From: Selaginella moellendorffii
Taxonomy: Eukaryota > Plantae > Lycopodiophyta
Assembly: GCF_000143415.4 (NCBI RefSeq)
Contig: NW_003314352.1
Location: forward strand, 240,278-304,277
Reading direction: 5' to 3'
Length of the DNA: 64,000 nucleotides
The translations under genes were made by a program, and so were the position numbers. Within the stretch, counting starts at the first letter, position 1. Each line of letters begins with the position of its first letter. The notes under the pieces are model-generated. The model saw only the letters and a list, made by a program, of their open reading frames with translations. It did not search any database and was not told the origin of the DNA. Below, piece after piece: positions 1-12,263 of this stretch.

Positions 1-167
1 CACAACGATCTATAATCAAAATGGCGTGAGGCCTCACGTGACCTTATCTTGTGCAGGTTGTGAGCTCGGCCCAACATGGGTATCTTCAACAGTAGCTGTT
101 AACGCCGTTTCAGCATCTGGGGGTGGCCACGCTCCTGCATACAGAGCTTGTGAGATAACATTTAAAC

Positions 168-2983
168 TTAAAGTGCGTACTCACCAGGTTCGTAGAGAAG
201 ATACTGTTTTTCTTTGGCAACTGTAATTATATGCTCCATTGAAGTCACCTCTTCAATGGAGTTTGTCACCGCAACACACAGGACACCCTTGAGTAGTGCG
301 GCTCGAAAGAATAGTCCGCCACAGTTGTACTCGACAACGCATTTGCCCTTGGAGTCGGAAGCAGGTGACCCACCCGCTATTGCGTTGAAGACCCAGGTGA
401 GCATTTCCCATGCTGCACCTGGAGCTTTCTTTGGATTCGAAAGCTCCATAGCCGTCTTCAGTTCCTCAGGCACGGGTAAATTGACCTCCCTCAGATCAAT
501 TCGATTGGCCTTGTCGAACGAAGCTGGGAAGTCACTCCAGTCCCACTCTGCTGCAGGACCAATAACAAGGGTGAGTGTGAAGATGCGAACATTCGTCGGT
601 ATCTTCTTCTTAGCCATTATCCCATGGATCTCCCGCATCTCCTTGCCTTTCAACCGAGCCTTCACCTCGTTCAAGGCCTTCCAGAACTTGTGATAGGATT
701 CGGAGTCGTAGATCATATAGTGGACTGAAGATTCCACCTCCGCAAGTCCCACCATTAAGTCAATGATGGAGCTGACTTCGTCTGCATGAGTGATCTCCTC
801 GTTTGTGAAGTCCATCACACAAAAGATGTTCTTGACCTGCTCATCTCCGCGGGAAACGATGCTCCTCCACCTTTGATCCTCATCCGAATTCAAGTATACC
901 CGGTAAGGTTCTCGATAGGCCTCTGCTGTGGGGTCGAGCTGTTTCTGAAGCTGGCGGTCGACATCAATCTTAATGAAATTTGGATACTAATCCAACTTCT
1001 CAGCTTTACTTTTCGTGGCATCCCGCAGCAGATCGATGAACTTGGGGGCCCCCTTCACGTACTCGTCGATGTCTTCATTTGACAACTCCAGCGCTTCCAT
1101 CATCTCTTGCGTGGTGTTGATGCTCACCCTCTCCACGGCCACTTGCTCGAAGATCCAATCCTTCAATAGCGCATGAGCTCTCAGAGTCGTGCACAAGTCC
1201 TCGTATGTCACAATATGGCCGGGAGTCATTTTGGTCTTGTTGAAGACAACCTCACCACGTAGAAGAGCATTAGCCACTGTCAGAAGGTCGTCGTCGTCTA
1301 GAGACCGCAAGAAACGCAAGGCGTTGAGCTTCAAATCATTGGGCTTCCGGCCGTCCTCCACACCCATTGAGTTTGGCAACTCCCCGTCATGGTACCTCCT
1401 CAGCACATCTACCCATTTGTCAAAAACAACTTTTGTCGCGAGTAGAATGTTATGGATGCTGAGTGTGTCATTGACCCCCAGTGTTTTCGAGAGAAGACTC
1501 GAGAATTCCTGCAATGGAAATGGCGTGAGGCCACATGCTATGCCACATACAACGAGGCTTACCTGCCAGGCGCTAGTTGCTAGTGCACGTCCTTGTCCTG
1601 GTTTTTGTGGCTTCTTCAGTTGAACCCAGAGCTTCCGTGTTCGTGCCAATGTCTCGTGCAGACCCGATTTGTAGCACGTTTCTTGCTTGACATTCTGCGC
1701 GTGGGAGATGTATATGATAGATCGGAGGGGCGAGTTGCCTTTTATCAGGCGGACAACTCTTGTCTTGAAGACTTTCTTCACCTCCTCGCCCACCATAATA
1801 TCCACAACTATCTCTTGCATCGCTAAGCTAGAATGCTGCCCGAAGACGGCATAGAACCGGATGTTCTGATCGTCCAACACCTTCCTATTGATCAAGTCTG
1901 GAAACCTCATCTCGCCCTTCATTTTTTGGTAGTAGGGGATCACGTCTGCGATGTCGGGTGTTACTGGACTTGCCAGCATCTTCTGCTTCAATTTCTCCAC
2001 CCACTCATCAGATACTAGCCTGTGGTTGTATTTGCTTTGGATGTCGATACGGCTCACGTCGATTGTATATACTTTGTTGGAATAGTAACAAGTACTATTA
2101 TCTGCGACGATTTTTGCTGCCTCTTCTTGCTCTTTCTGCTCTTTGCGGCTCTTCTTTTTGGTGGGTGTAGTGTTCGAACCCGAGGCAATGGCATCACTGA
2201 GTAGCTTCTTTTTTGGAGCAGGAGAGTCGGACGTCGGCTTGAGCTTGACCACCCTTTTCTGCTTCGAGGTAGTTTCCAGATCGACCCCCTTCCCCTTTGC
2301 TTCGCGAACTGGAGTCACTCTCAACGGCTCAATGTTGGAATATAGTTTTTGAACATCGCCGTAGGTGAGGTCCGTGGATTCCATGTGATCTTCATAGACC
2401 CGCAGCGTCTTTGAAATTGTGGGCCTCCTGGACAACCTCTCCCTAGCTCCCTCTAGGAATTCCTCATAGCCGCTGCCCCCCTCCGGGAAGCCGCTAGGAT
2501 GTGCAAGGTGGATCTTGAAGGCAGACGCTGTCTCTACCACAAGTGCCAGTCCATATTCTTGCATGGAACTGCATGGAGTGTCTGTCACTTGGATGAGGAT
2601 CCCCATGCATTCTTTTCTCCCACCATCTGTGTTGTACAGCCTCAGATCCTCGCCTTCTATCCCGAAAGTCCAACTGGTGAGCTCCTCCCCCTTCTCTGCA
2701 TCCACATTGACAGTGGCTGGAAGAAGAACGCAATTCCTCGCCTGTTCAGAAATGCACAACAATTAGAGCTGACAGATGAAAAGCTAGTAGCTGGAAATAA
2801 CGTGAGGCCACACGCCATTCACCACTGCATTAGATGTCTTGAGGCTGCATCCTAAGATGGCGTGAGGCTACACGCCATCTGTAACCGGACTGCACTCGAG
2901 AGCCCAATCGGTGCATGCCAATGCTGCTACTGAATGGCATGTGGCCTCATGCCATTTTCTACTTGGCCTAAAAGACTTACCAT
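168..2983 (-). pseudogene. Cargo gene 5' part, copy 1: ParB/Srx-like + DNA methyltransferase-like; continues off the left edge via an intron at ~184
   Basis: ORFs 987-2762 and 168-893 are one frame broken by TAG at 987-989 (CAG in copy 2). Motifs: NHRLVSDEWVEKLKQKM...FYAVFGQHSSLA and NPKK...MLTWVF...GKCVVEYNCGGLFFRAALLKG. Confidence 0.65.
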
Positions 2984-3761
2984 TTGAAGCCGAATGGAGG
3001 GGTGACAACCGGACTCGCTGGCGAATATGCACTGTGTGTGCAGCGGATCGTAGCAGCAAGGCTACTCTGCCACTTACAGTTGGAGAGTGGCGCTGAAATC
3101 TCCCGGGATGCCAAGTGGGCTGCGTGTGGGTGGCGGAGTGGGCGGCGGAGTTGGCGGCGAAGTTACAAACTGGGTGTGTCTTGAAGTGGACACCGATGCA
3201 CACGAGCGCGATGCGAGCGCGATGCGAGCGCGAGTGTGATGCAAGCGCGAGTGGACGCCGATGCACACGAGAAACCTGTAGAGAAGTGGGAGCGCGAGTG
3301 GGAGCGCGATGCGAGCGCGAGTGTGCGAGTGCGAGTACGAAGCAAAATGCAAAACCTAACCTCACACGCATGAAATATCACGACGGTTGGTAATCCCGCC
3401 ACGTCATCATTTCTCGGACTTGGGCACCACCATTAATTTCTGGATCGGCGCGCGCATGCGTGAAATCCAAAAGAAATCCGCAACGTCATCATTCCTCGGA
3501 CTGCATGCACGCGAAATCCAAAAGAAAGATCATGATTGGGATATCATTTAATACCCTCGCTATATTTATACCATGCATGATTGGATATTCCAAAGCATCT
3601 TGTATTTCCAAAAATGCCAGATGTTCAGCTAAATAAATTGTCAGAGGATGACGTTCAAGCATGTGGGCTCATGCAATTTTGATCCCAAAAAATGCACCAA
3701 AAAATGCTCGGCGTCATCTAGCGTTATCTCTTGAATGGCGTGGGGCCGCATGCCATTTTCA

Positions 3762-5600
3762 GGAGCACATAGGAGTATATTCCTAGAATATTCTGACACG
3801 CGCGAGATTGTTTTGAGTTTCCTGGAGATCCAACCGTTAGATCGCAACTAGATTTTACAGAATGGTATACAATGTCCTTTTTGATGACCCTGCAAAGAAG
3901 CATCTCGATCGGACACCACATGAGACCACACGAGCCTTACAATGTTTTAGGGGCATTTGCCATAGATCCGACCGTTATTTTGCTCCAAGATTCTACAGTT
4001 TGGTGTGCATTGACCTTTCCATCGACACTGCAAAGGGACATCACAATCAGATGCGGGATCACAAGAAACCAACTTCACTAACTCTGGTTTCACCGAGATC
4101 TACGTAAGGAGTTATGAAATGAAAGGACCCTCTCTATTGAAATGTGTTTATGGTCCTAGGGGCATTGTGACATATCCAAGGATTTTGCATCAAGTTCTGT
4201 ATTTGCATGTTTATCAAGCTACTGAATTGCTAAACCCTAAACCCTAAACCCTAAACATGTGGCAAATGCTGCGTGAAGAAAGATGCCCTTTCTGGGCAAA
4301 TGCTGTAAGAGGCAGATGCCGAGCAGATGTATCTCAGGCTAGTGAAGGGGACAAACGAAAGCTAGCAACCAAAGGAATGTAAGTAGGGCATGTGTTTGTA
4401 AGTTTAAAAATGCCTCAGCCATATAAATTCCCAAGTAAATAAAGCTGTTTCTATTTTTGGTACAGGTAAACTTTATAGCGTGTGGGCTCATGCAATTTTG
4501 AACCCAAAAATGCACCAAAAAATGCTCGACTAGCATTATTCTTTGAATGGCGTGTGGCCTTATATTGCCATAAATGACACAGCATAATTATTCCTTTACA
4601 CGGCGAATAATCTTGGAGCACATAGGAGTATATTCCTAGAATATTCTGACACGCGCGAGATTGTTTTGAGTTTCCTGGAGATCCAACCGTTAGATCGCAA
4701 CTAGATTTTACAGAATGGTATACAATGTCCTTCTTGATGACCCTGCAAAGAAGCATCTCGATCGGACACCACATGAGACCACACGAGCCTTACAATGTTT
4801 CAGGGGCATTTGCCATAGATCCGACCGTTATTTTGCTCCAAGATTCTACAATTTGGTGTGCATTGACCTTTCCATCGACACTGCAAAGGGACATCACAAT
4901 CAGATGCGGGATCACAAGAAACCAACTTCACTAACTCTGGTTTCACCAAGATCTACGTAAGGAGTTATGAAATGAAAGGACCCTCTCTATTGAAATGTGT
5001 TTATGGTCCTAGGGGCATTGTGACATATCAAAGGATTTTGCATCAAGTTCTGTATTTGCATGTTTATCAAGCTACTGAATTGCTAAACCCTAAACCCTAA
5101 ACCCTAACCCTAAACATGTGGCAAATGCTGCGTGAAGAAAGATGCCCTTTCTGGGCAAATGTTGTAAGAGGCAGATGCCGAGCAGATGTATCTCAGGCTA
5201 GCGAAGGGGACAAACGAAAGCTAGCTATAAACATGACGGGATGCAAATAGATTACTAGGCTGGTCCTGCGAAAATCAAAAACCATAATTGAAAACATTGA
5301 AAATGCAAAAAGAAAGGTTTATAATATTTTTGAATTTTAAGCAACCAAAGGAATGTAAGTAGGGCATGTGTTTGTAAGTTTAAAAATGCCTCAGCCATAT
5401 AAATTCCCAAGTAAATAAAGCTGTTTCTATTTTTGGTACAGGTAAACTTTATAGCGTGTGGGCTCATGCAATTTTGAACCCAAAAATGCACCAAAAGATG
5501 CTCGACTAGCATTATTCTTTGAATGGCATGTGGCCTTATATTGCCATAAATGGACGTACACACACAGCATAATTATTCCTTTACACGGCGAATAATCTTG
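3762..5600. repeat. Imperfect tandem duplication (3762-4614 / 4615-5600) in the intergenic region of copy 1
   Basis: ggagcacataggagtatattcc starts at both 3762 and 4615. Duplicated spurious ORFs at 3862/4715. Present once in copy 2. Confidence 0.9.
4231..4256. repeat. Plant telomere-type (CCCTAAA)n / telo-box tract; also ~5084-5115 and ~40406-40423
   Basis: taaaccctaaaccctaaaccctaaac. Confidence 0.7.
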
Positions 5601-6338
5601 GCGCGGATCGCTGACATGGCATGGCAAAGTTCGAATCACTGACATGGCACAGCTGGATCGAGGCAAGGACATAATGTGACAAAGTTCAACCTCCGACAGC
5701 AAAGTCTAGAAGCTACTCAGTTTGAAATTTGTCAGAGGAATCATAAGATCTGGTTTGTCAGAGGATTTGATGTGACGTTCAAGCGTGTGTTATTTTTGAA
5801 TTCTCGAACTCATTCCTAGGTCTATCATTTTTGTGCGCCGTGTTCTTGGTTCCGCTGAGCGCAGTGAGCGCTGCTTGTGTAAGCGGCGTTGTGAGCTGTG
5901 GTTTATGCGTCTACAAGCGTTGCGGCATTGTGAGCGCCATTGCGAGCGGCAGTTTATGCGAGTGGCAGTTTGTGCGAGCGGCGCTACGAGCAGTTGCGGT
6001 GTTGCGAGCGGCGCTACGAGTAGTTGCGGTGTTGCGAGCGGCACTGTCTTTGGTGTGGCTACCGCTTCCTCTTGATATTCGGCACTTGTGCTTCCTGGTA
6101 TGTTCACCATGGAATGGTTTAGGACCACATTTAGAAATGGCATGAGGCCACATGCCATCTTGGGCCCTTGCAATTTCATGGAGGGCTCATGCCAATTTTG
6201 TGAATGCGAAATTTCACGTGGGTGTACATAGCATGTTTGAATAATGGCATGTGGCCTCATGCTATTTGGTATGTTATGATTTAGGCCATTCTCCAATCAT
6301 TTTTTGTATGGTCTTAACTTCTTTTCTGCACTTTCAGA

Positions 6339-9260
6339 ATGGCCTTCAGGGTTGGGGAAAAGGTTTACATTTTGAATGGTGGGAAGAGAGTTGCAAAAGG
6401 GACCCTTGTGTCTATGGATCGGAACTTTGTTATACACTGTCAAAGGCTTGGGGAAGGCAATGCTGCTGTATCAGTAGAGACTGTCTTCGATGGGAATGTG
6501 GTCGCTATTGAACGAGGAGAGATGGTCGTCGGGGTAAATGTTGTTGTTGCCTTGAAAAATCTACAGAAGAAAGCAGATGTTGGGGACAGCGCAAGTGCGA
6601 CGCATGTTCCCTCTGTGGATCTTAAGAACCGTGCTACATGGATTCAGGCAAAGGTGTTTCTAAACAACCCCGAGGGGGAGGTGGTAGCTGAGGGCTTAGC
6701 CACAGTTGTCGATCCAAGAGATGCGGTTGCTAATCAAGAATTGGGCTGGGATGATATTGGAGTTGCAATTTTAGAGGTTGTTGACACAGAAGAAAACAGT
6801 CTGACTATTGGAAGCATTGTGCGGTGGAAATTGAGGCATTTAGTGTTTGAGAATGTGAAGGATTCACAATCAAACACCACTACAACTGATGACAGAACAT
6901 CTCTTCATGGGAAAAGAAAGTACACCTTCCTACAGCGCAGCCAAAGGGATCTAAGCAACGAACCGAAAAGGCAGAAAATGGCGATGGAGGTTCGAATGGT
7001 CTCGACAGTTGCTTGTTGCAAGAGGAGGTGCTGTCAACATGCTGATTGGGATGCTATTGAAGAGGAGAGAGCAAGATACAAGACATTGTCCTGGAAGGCA
7101 GCTCGCAATTTTGTGTATGAGGCATTACGGTCATTTGTTGATGCTTCAGAACATCAGGTGGGGGGCATGGTCTTCCAGAGGGGTTTGGTCTGCATGAAGG
7201 CATGGAGAATCATTTATGGAGTCCCTCGAACCACATTCTACAGAATCAAAACTGAGTTCGAGGAACAAAGGGTTCAACAGGCAGTCCATGGGAACGACGG
7301 TACGCACAAAACCAGGGGTCATGTTGTATATGGAGAGGCAATCTTCAAGAGGTTTGTCGAGACATGTAGCGAGCAGCAACCACATAAAACCCGCCTCTTG
7401 GAAGATGGAACACGAGACACCCAACGAGTTCTCCCTTCCATGTATACCAAGGGGGCCATATTGGAAGATGTGAATCGGGAACTCCAGAGTAATGGCTACA
7501 GGAAGCTGAGCCAATCTAGATTTAGTAGATTGTGGAGCAACAGGTTCAGGGATGTGAGTATAGGAAAGTACTCCAGCTTTTCAAAGTGTGACGAGTGCAC
7601 TGCTATCAAAATGGCTTTGTCGAAGAATTCTTGCAGCGCTCAAGAGCGAGAGACGTTGGTTAGAAGGCGGCTCGACCACAACATCGAGTAGAGAAGCTGC
7701 AGGACTGCATATTATCATAACAGGATTCTCTCCATGGAGAGACCTGACTCTTACCTCTGCATCATCCATGACAAAATGGACCAGAAAAAGACGTGCTTAC
7801 CTCGACTCAATCCTGCCCTCAAGGCAATCTCTTCATCCATGCAGCTGCCTGTGTCTCTGTTTGGCATAATCGCTCATGGGCATGGTGCCCAGAACTATGG
7901 GAACTTCTTTGTACCTCTATGGGGTGGCGGGGGTGCAAACATGATGATTGCGTCCCTAGCAAAACACTTAAGGTCTCTGCAAAGTGCGCAGACTGAGCTG
8001 AACGGCCAACCCTTGCATAAGGCCCTTGTCGATCGAACCCCATACAGGGTTCAGCTGGAGGAGGAGCAAAGGCTTGCAGTATCGCGTGGGGCCCCATGCC
8101 ATCCCAGTGAATATGTTGGCCGTCAGATTGTAGGGTTATCACGTGAGGCCTCATGCCATTCCGACGAGGCTGGTCGCCCGGTGAATGCACAGCCTCATCC
8201 AAACGAAGTAGAATCTCAAGGAAGTTCTTGCGGCCGATGTGGCCTTCCACCCCATCTTCTGCTCCAAACAGACAATGCTGGCAGTGAGAACAAAAACATG
8301 TACGTCTTCGCGTACTTGGCGATGCTTGTTGCCAAAGGCATATTTGAAACGGTTACACTTGGCTTTCTCATGGTTGGGCACACTCATGAAGACGTCGATG
8401 CCATGTTCAGTCACCTGGCAGAGTTCCTCCGGCGATCCAATGTCCTCACCCTCCCACAACTCTACGATGAATTCCAAAATTGCATCAAAGGCACTGTTGA
8501 AGCTGCACTTGTGACAGAGGTTCCAGACTTTAAGGGGTTTGTAAGAGGCTACATCAGGGACGGATCCGAAACGCTGATTGGCCACTCCAAGCCTCTTCAG
8601 TTTCATTTCAGCATGCGTGACGGTGCTCCAGTGATGAGGTACAAGATGAGAGAATGGGACACAGTGTGGCTGCCAGTGGACGGCATTGAACTCTTCAAGA
8701 GAGATCCCATAACTGGGGAACCTATGATTCCTCAGGGTTGGGAGAAGATTATATCTGCTATCCAAAATGGGCCGGTTGTATATGAAGAATTGGAAGAGTC
8801 CTTTTGGCCAGAACCCAGAGCACCAGATAGTAGCGGAACAATGTCCTCTGGAAATGCAGTGACAGATAACGATGTTGAGGATCACTATTGTGGGCCGAGG
8901 AACAAGAAGCCGGATTCAGCATTCAATCCAGTACAAGTCTGCAAAGGAATGGTCGTGCTTGTCAGACCCAGTAATAAAAAACAAATGATATGGGTGGGGC
9001 GCTGCATCACTGATGCAGAGGAGGACGCGGAAACTAACTCCTTCAATGTAACTGTGGAGTGGTTCAAGCCAAGTTCCGGATATACGAAGGATTGCCTAGA
9101 AAAGAGATGGGTGCTGAATCCAAGGGATCCCAGCATGAGCATATCGGTGGATAATGTTGTGCATGGTTGGATGCGGAAGCAGAGTGCCACCATCACCTTG
9201 CCAGACCATGCAAGAGATGCAGCAAGAGCATTCATAACCCGGGTTCAAGGTGAGATTTAA
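6339..9260 (+). pseudogene. Sola1/DUF7869-like DDD transposase, copy 1 (premature TAG at 7689; ~150-bp in-frame deletion near 8738)
   Basis: CCKRRC, VCMKAWRIIYGV, FSKCDEC, IIHDKMDQ, LQTDNAGSENKN, FLMVGHTHEDVDAMF. Colinear with the open 939-aa ORF at 36275-39094. Confidence 0.8.
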
Positions 9261-9949
9261 TATTCCTTTACTAAGTTTCTAATGTATTTTATTTCAAGGT
9301 GAACAATCCGAATCTGAATCAGAGGAGGCGTGATGGCATGTGGCCCTTTGCACTAGTATATCTTAATACTGGTCTGAGAAATAGAATGGCATGTGCCCTT
9401 AGGCCTTTTACTAAATCACCTTTGAAAGAAATGCAAGCCTCTATGTCGTAAAAAAAAGGTACTAGAGAAATTCCTTAATAATATGAATGTTATTTAGTTT
9501 CATGAAAATACACTAAGGGTCAAATGAGTTAAATGACTTCTCCAGACTAGCAATGCCTCTTGCTACACCTTCACAATTAGATTCGTTAGAAAAAGATAAC
9601 ATTGAATAATATCTAAATGTTCTCACCATTAAGTTATATGTCTGGCTAATAGGAATGACGTTCATCTTGGAAAGCTCACCACACGCTCAATGAACAAACA
9701 AATAGTGTGTGCGCGCATGCCATCGCTCTTCTTTAGCTTCAGATTCGGCTTGTTCACCTTGACAATGAGATTTATTATACAACCAGATGGACTCAGTCTG
9801 GACACAAAGTCACCGCGCTAGTCACCATGCCCCAGATATGTCTAGCCCCTGGACAAAAAACATATAATTTCACGTCATTTTCAAATACTTGAAAATTTGT
9901 ACCTAGTCCCATTTTACTGAATAAATCCCACTTTAACGAAATAGAGCTT

Positions 9950-11729
9950 TTTTATGCACAACCATGAAAGTCCTCGACCATCAACTTTCATTTAAAGCCA
10001 TCCCTTTGAGCACTCGGGAATTGCTTCCCCAACCTTGATAGCATTGTGTTATGGCAAGCTTCAAGGCCACGCTTCTACTGTGCCACTTTGATTTTGCGCG
10101 TTCTATGAACCATTTACACTTGGCTTTTTAGGTACTAAACTACCTAGAATTATATTTGGGAACCTTGAAGGGACTCTGTCCCTTAGCTTGCTAAAGCTTC
10201 TCCTTTTGCAAGTTCTCTAATTGCCATATAGTATAATACGGACAATTCCATGCTTTAAACTCTTCATGGCATCATGGTTGCTAGTAATAACATGCTTGAG
10301 CACCCACTTGATTTTCCACTCCCAAATGGCATAACCACCCTTGGTTATGCAATTCAATTTCTATGATTTGGTTCTATCCCCTTATTATCTACTTTTGGCC
10401 TTACACCTTTCCTTTGGTTATTCCCCTCTAGACATTGCACTTTCTACTATGCCATAGCAAGTATTCTTAGGGATGAACTTACCCAATAGCTTAGGGAGTG
10501 GTTCTTCAATTCGGGTATGCTCAACTTATAATCCCACACACCGAGATTAACATTGCTACTTATGGGCTTTTATATGCCCATCACTAGCCTTGCCAAAATT
10601 CCATTTTGGCTTTATCCAATTTGGGTAGACAGTCTTCTTTTGTCTCCGCAACCTTGGACATTTGGATAGCACCTTCTATCCATCATTTGCTAGGGACTTA
10701 ATCCCTTGGGCCTTATCTATTGCTCTCGTGACATTAAACACCACTTCTTGGTGTTCTAGAGTGTTTGGGTGTCTTAATGACGGCCTCCTTGACAATAAGC
10801 ATTTCCTTTTACGACATTGACTCACTATATTGCAACATAAGCAATTTATCCCTCGTAAGGGTATATCTAACTTCCTTATGCCATTAAGAAGCCTTGGGTA
10901 ATTACCTTCTACCCGTTTAACCAATTATCTTGCACCTTTTGCTTAGCTGCCTCATAGTTGTCAAGTCTTACAACTCATTGCTTGGTGCTTTCACACCTTC
11001 ATCATTATCTGGGTCACCACACTCCAATCGCATGCTTTCCAACTTAGGCTATGCTATTCCCATTTTCATTAGGATTCCTTTGGGAAGGGGTTCTCATGAA
11101 CCCACCAACTTCATCTTAAGGCATCAAGCCTTAGCACATTCGGTGTTTCCACACTATTGGCCCCACAAGTCTACCTTTATGACACTTCTTACTTATGTCT
11201 AGATCCTTGCCAAGACCAATACAGTCATTTTTCATACCAACTATTTGTTAGCACTACACTATAGAGTTTATACACAAGTTTGTGTTAAAGTTGTTTTCTT
11301 CTGGAAACACCTTTCCCACAACTTTAGTATGGCACCTTCTGCCATCAATGAGATGCCCATTGTTCTCATGCTTGGATCTTATAATCCTCCCTATTCTTTG
11401 TGAGGCACAACACACTTTAGTCCAAATGCTTTTAGCAACCCTTTAGGACCATTCCTTGACTCGAGTCATCTAGCATTTTCAGACTTTATAATCCAATGAC
11501 CCATAAGGTTCTATTTGAGGTATCAGCTTGTTGGAATACAACTTCTTGTATTCGTGCCCTACTCACAAGGACCATTTTTGTAAGTGTTACTCCAACACTT
11601 GATTTTGTTATCTGGGGGCAACCTTTGCCCCTTAAGACTACTTGTCTATGTGATGAGAATACTAACTCATCCTCTAAGTACACCCCTAACTCCTTAGGTT
11701 GTTCTAACATTTATTAAAGATAGCCTCGA
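9950..11729 (-). mobile_element. Highly degraded Ty3/gypsy pol remnant (outermost element D, left half)
   Basis: Minus-strand VYLEDELVFS resembles the RT YLDD motif. Shares TSD CTCGA with 31550, so it is contiguous with 31550-33400 once element A is removed. Confidence 0.45.
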
Positions 11730-12123
11730 TGTCGTGAATATGACTTTGGGTATCGAAAGATACTTGTTGGCCAGTCCTTACAGACACTCTTTCCTTACTA
11801 CCATGACAGCAGAAGGTCGGTACAGTTGGTTCCCTTTATTGTTTCCACTTGAGTTAGTTGAGAAATTGGTCAATGACCATGTACTTAAATCGGATAAACA
11901 TAAGGTAGGAACCCTATATGTTTCTTGCTGAGCATACTCGGCTTGGTTTGAGAAACTTCTGCCATTGGCTTGCACCGGTATGCCAAAATTGTGCTAGACT
12001 CCGTCTGACACCATTTTGTGTGCAGGTGCTAGATACGGGGAGCTGGTGCTCGTGGGATTGTACTAGACCCTCATTCATAGCGCAATGGGCTTTGAGTTAA
12101 GCTCCAAATTTAGGTGCACTACA
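11730..12123 (+). repeat. 5' LTR of A (short form)
   Basis: tgtcgtgaat...ggtgcactaca; matches both ends of 30636-31549. Confidence 0.9.
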
Positions 12124-12125
12124 TT

Positions 12126-12136
12126 TGGTATCAGAG
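12126..12136 (+). promoter_or_regulatory. Primer binding site (tRNA-iMet) of A
   Basis: tggtatcagag 2 nt after the LTR. Confidence 0.9.
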
Positions 12137-12263
12137 AAATTGTCTTAGCGATTCCTATCCAACTTTTGTCAGATTTTCTGACTCAAGTTGCATACGCAAA
12201 GACTTTTCTAGTAGATCCAAAGCAACCTGTGTAGGATTAGTTGGATAGCACCATTCGGTAAGA

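Larger units (their letters stand above)
1..9949 (+). mobile_element. Sola1/DUF7869-like DNA transposon, copy 1 (left part extends beyond window)
   Basis: Reverse-complement near-identity to 34645-44410. Ends in TIR ...tcccactttaacgaaatagagctt (9926-9949). Confidence 0.85.

Noticed and set aside
2868-3402. H/S/R-rich ORFs (also 41046-41434, 5790-6296, 39225-39689)
   Set aside because: Products of GC-rich simple repeats open in several frames. An upstream transposase exon near 5900-6097 cannot be excluded.
4231-5115. True telomere or telomere-healing site
   Set aside because: Only 3-4 units, internal to a transposon and present in both copies.
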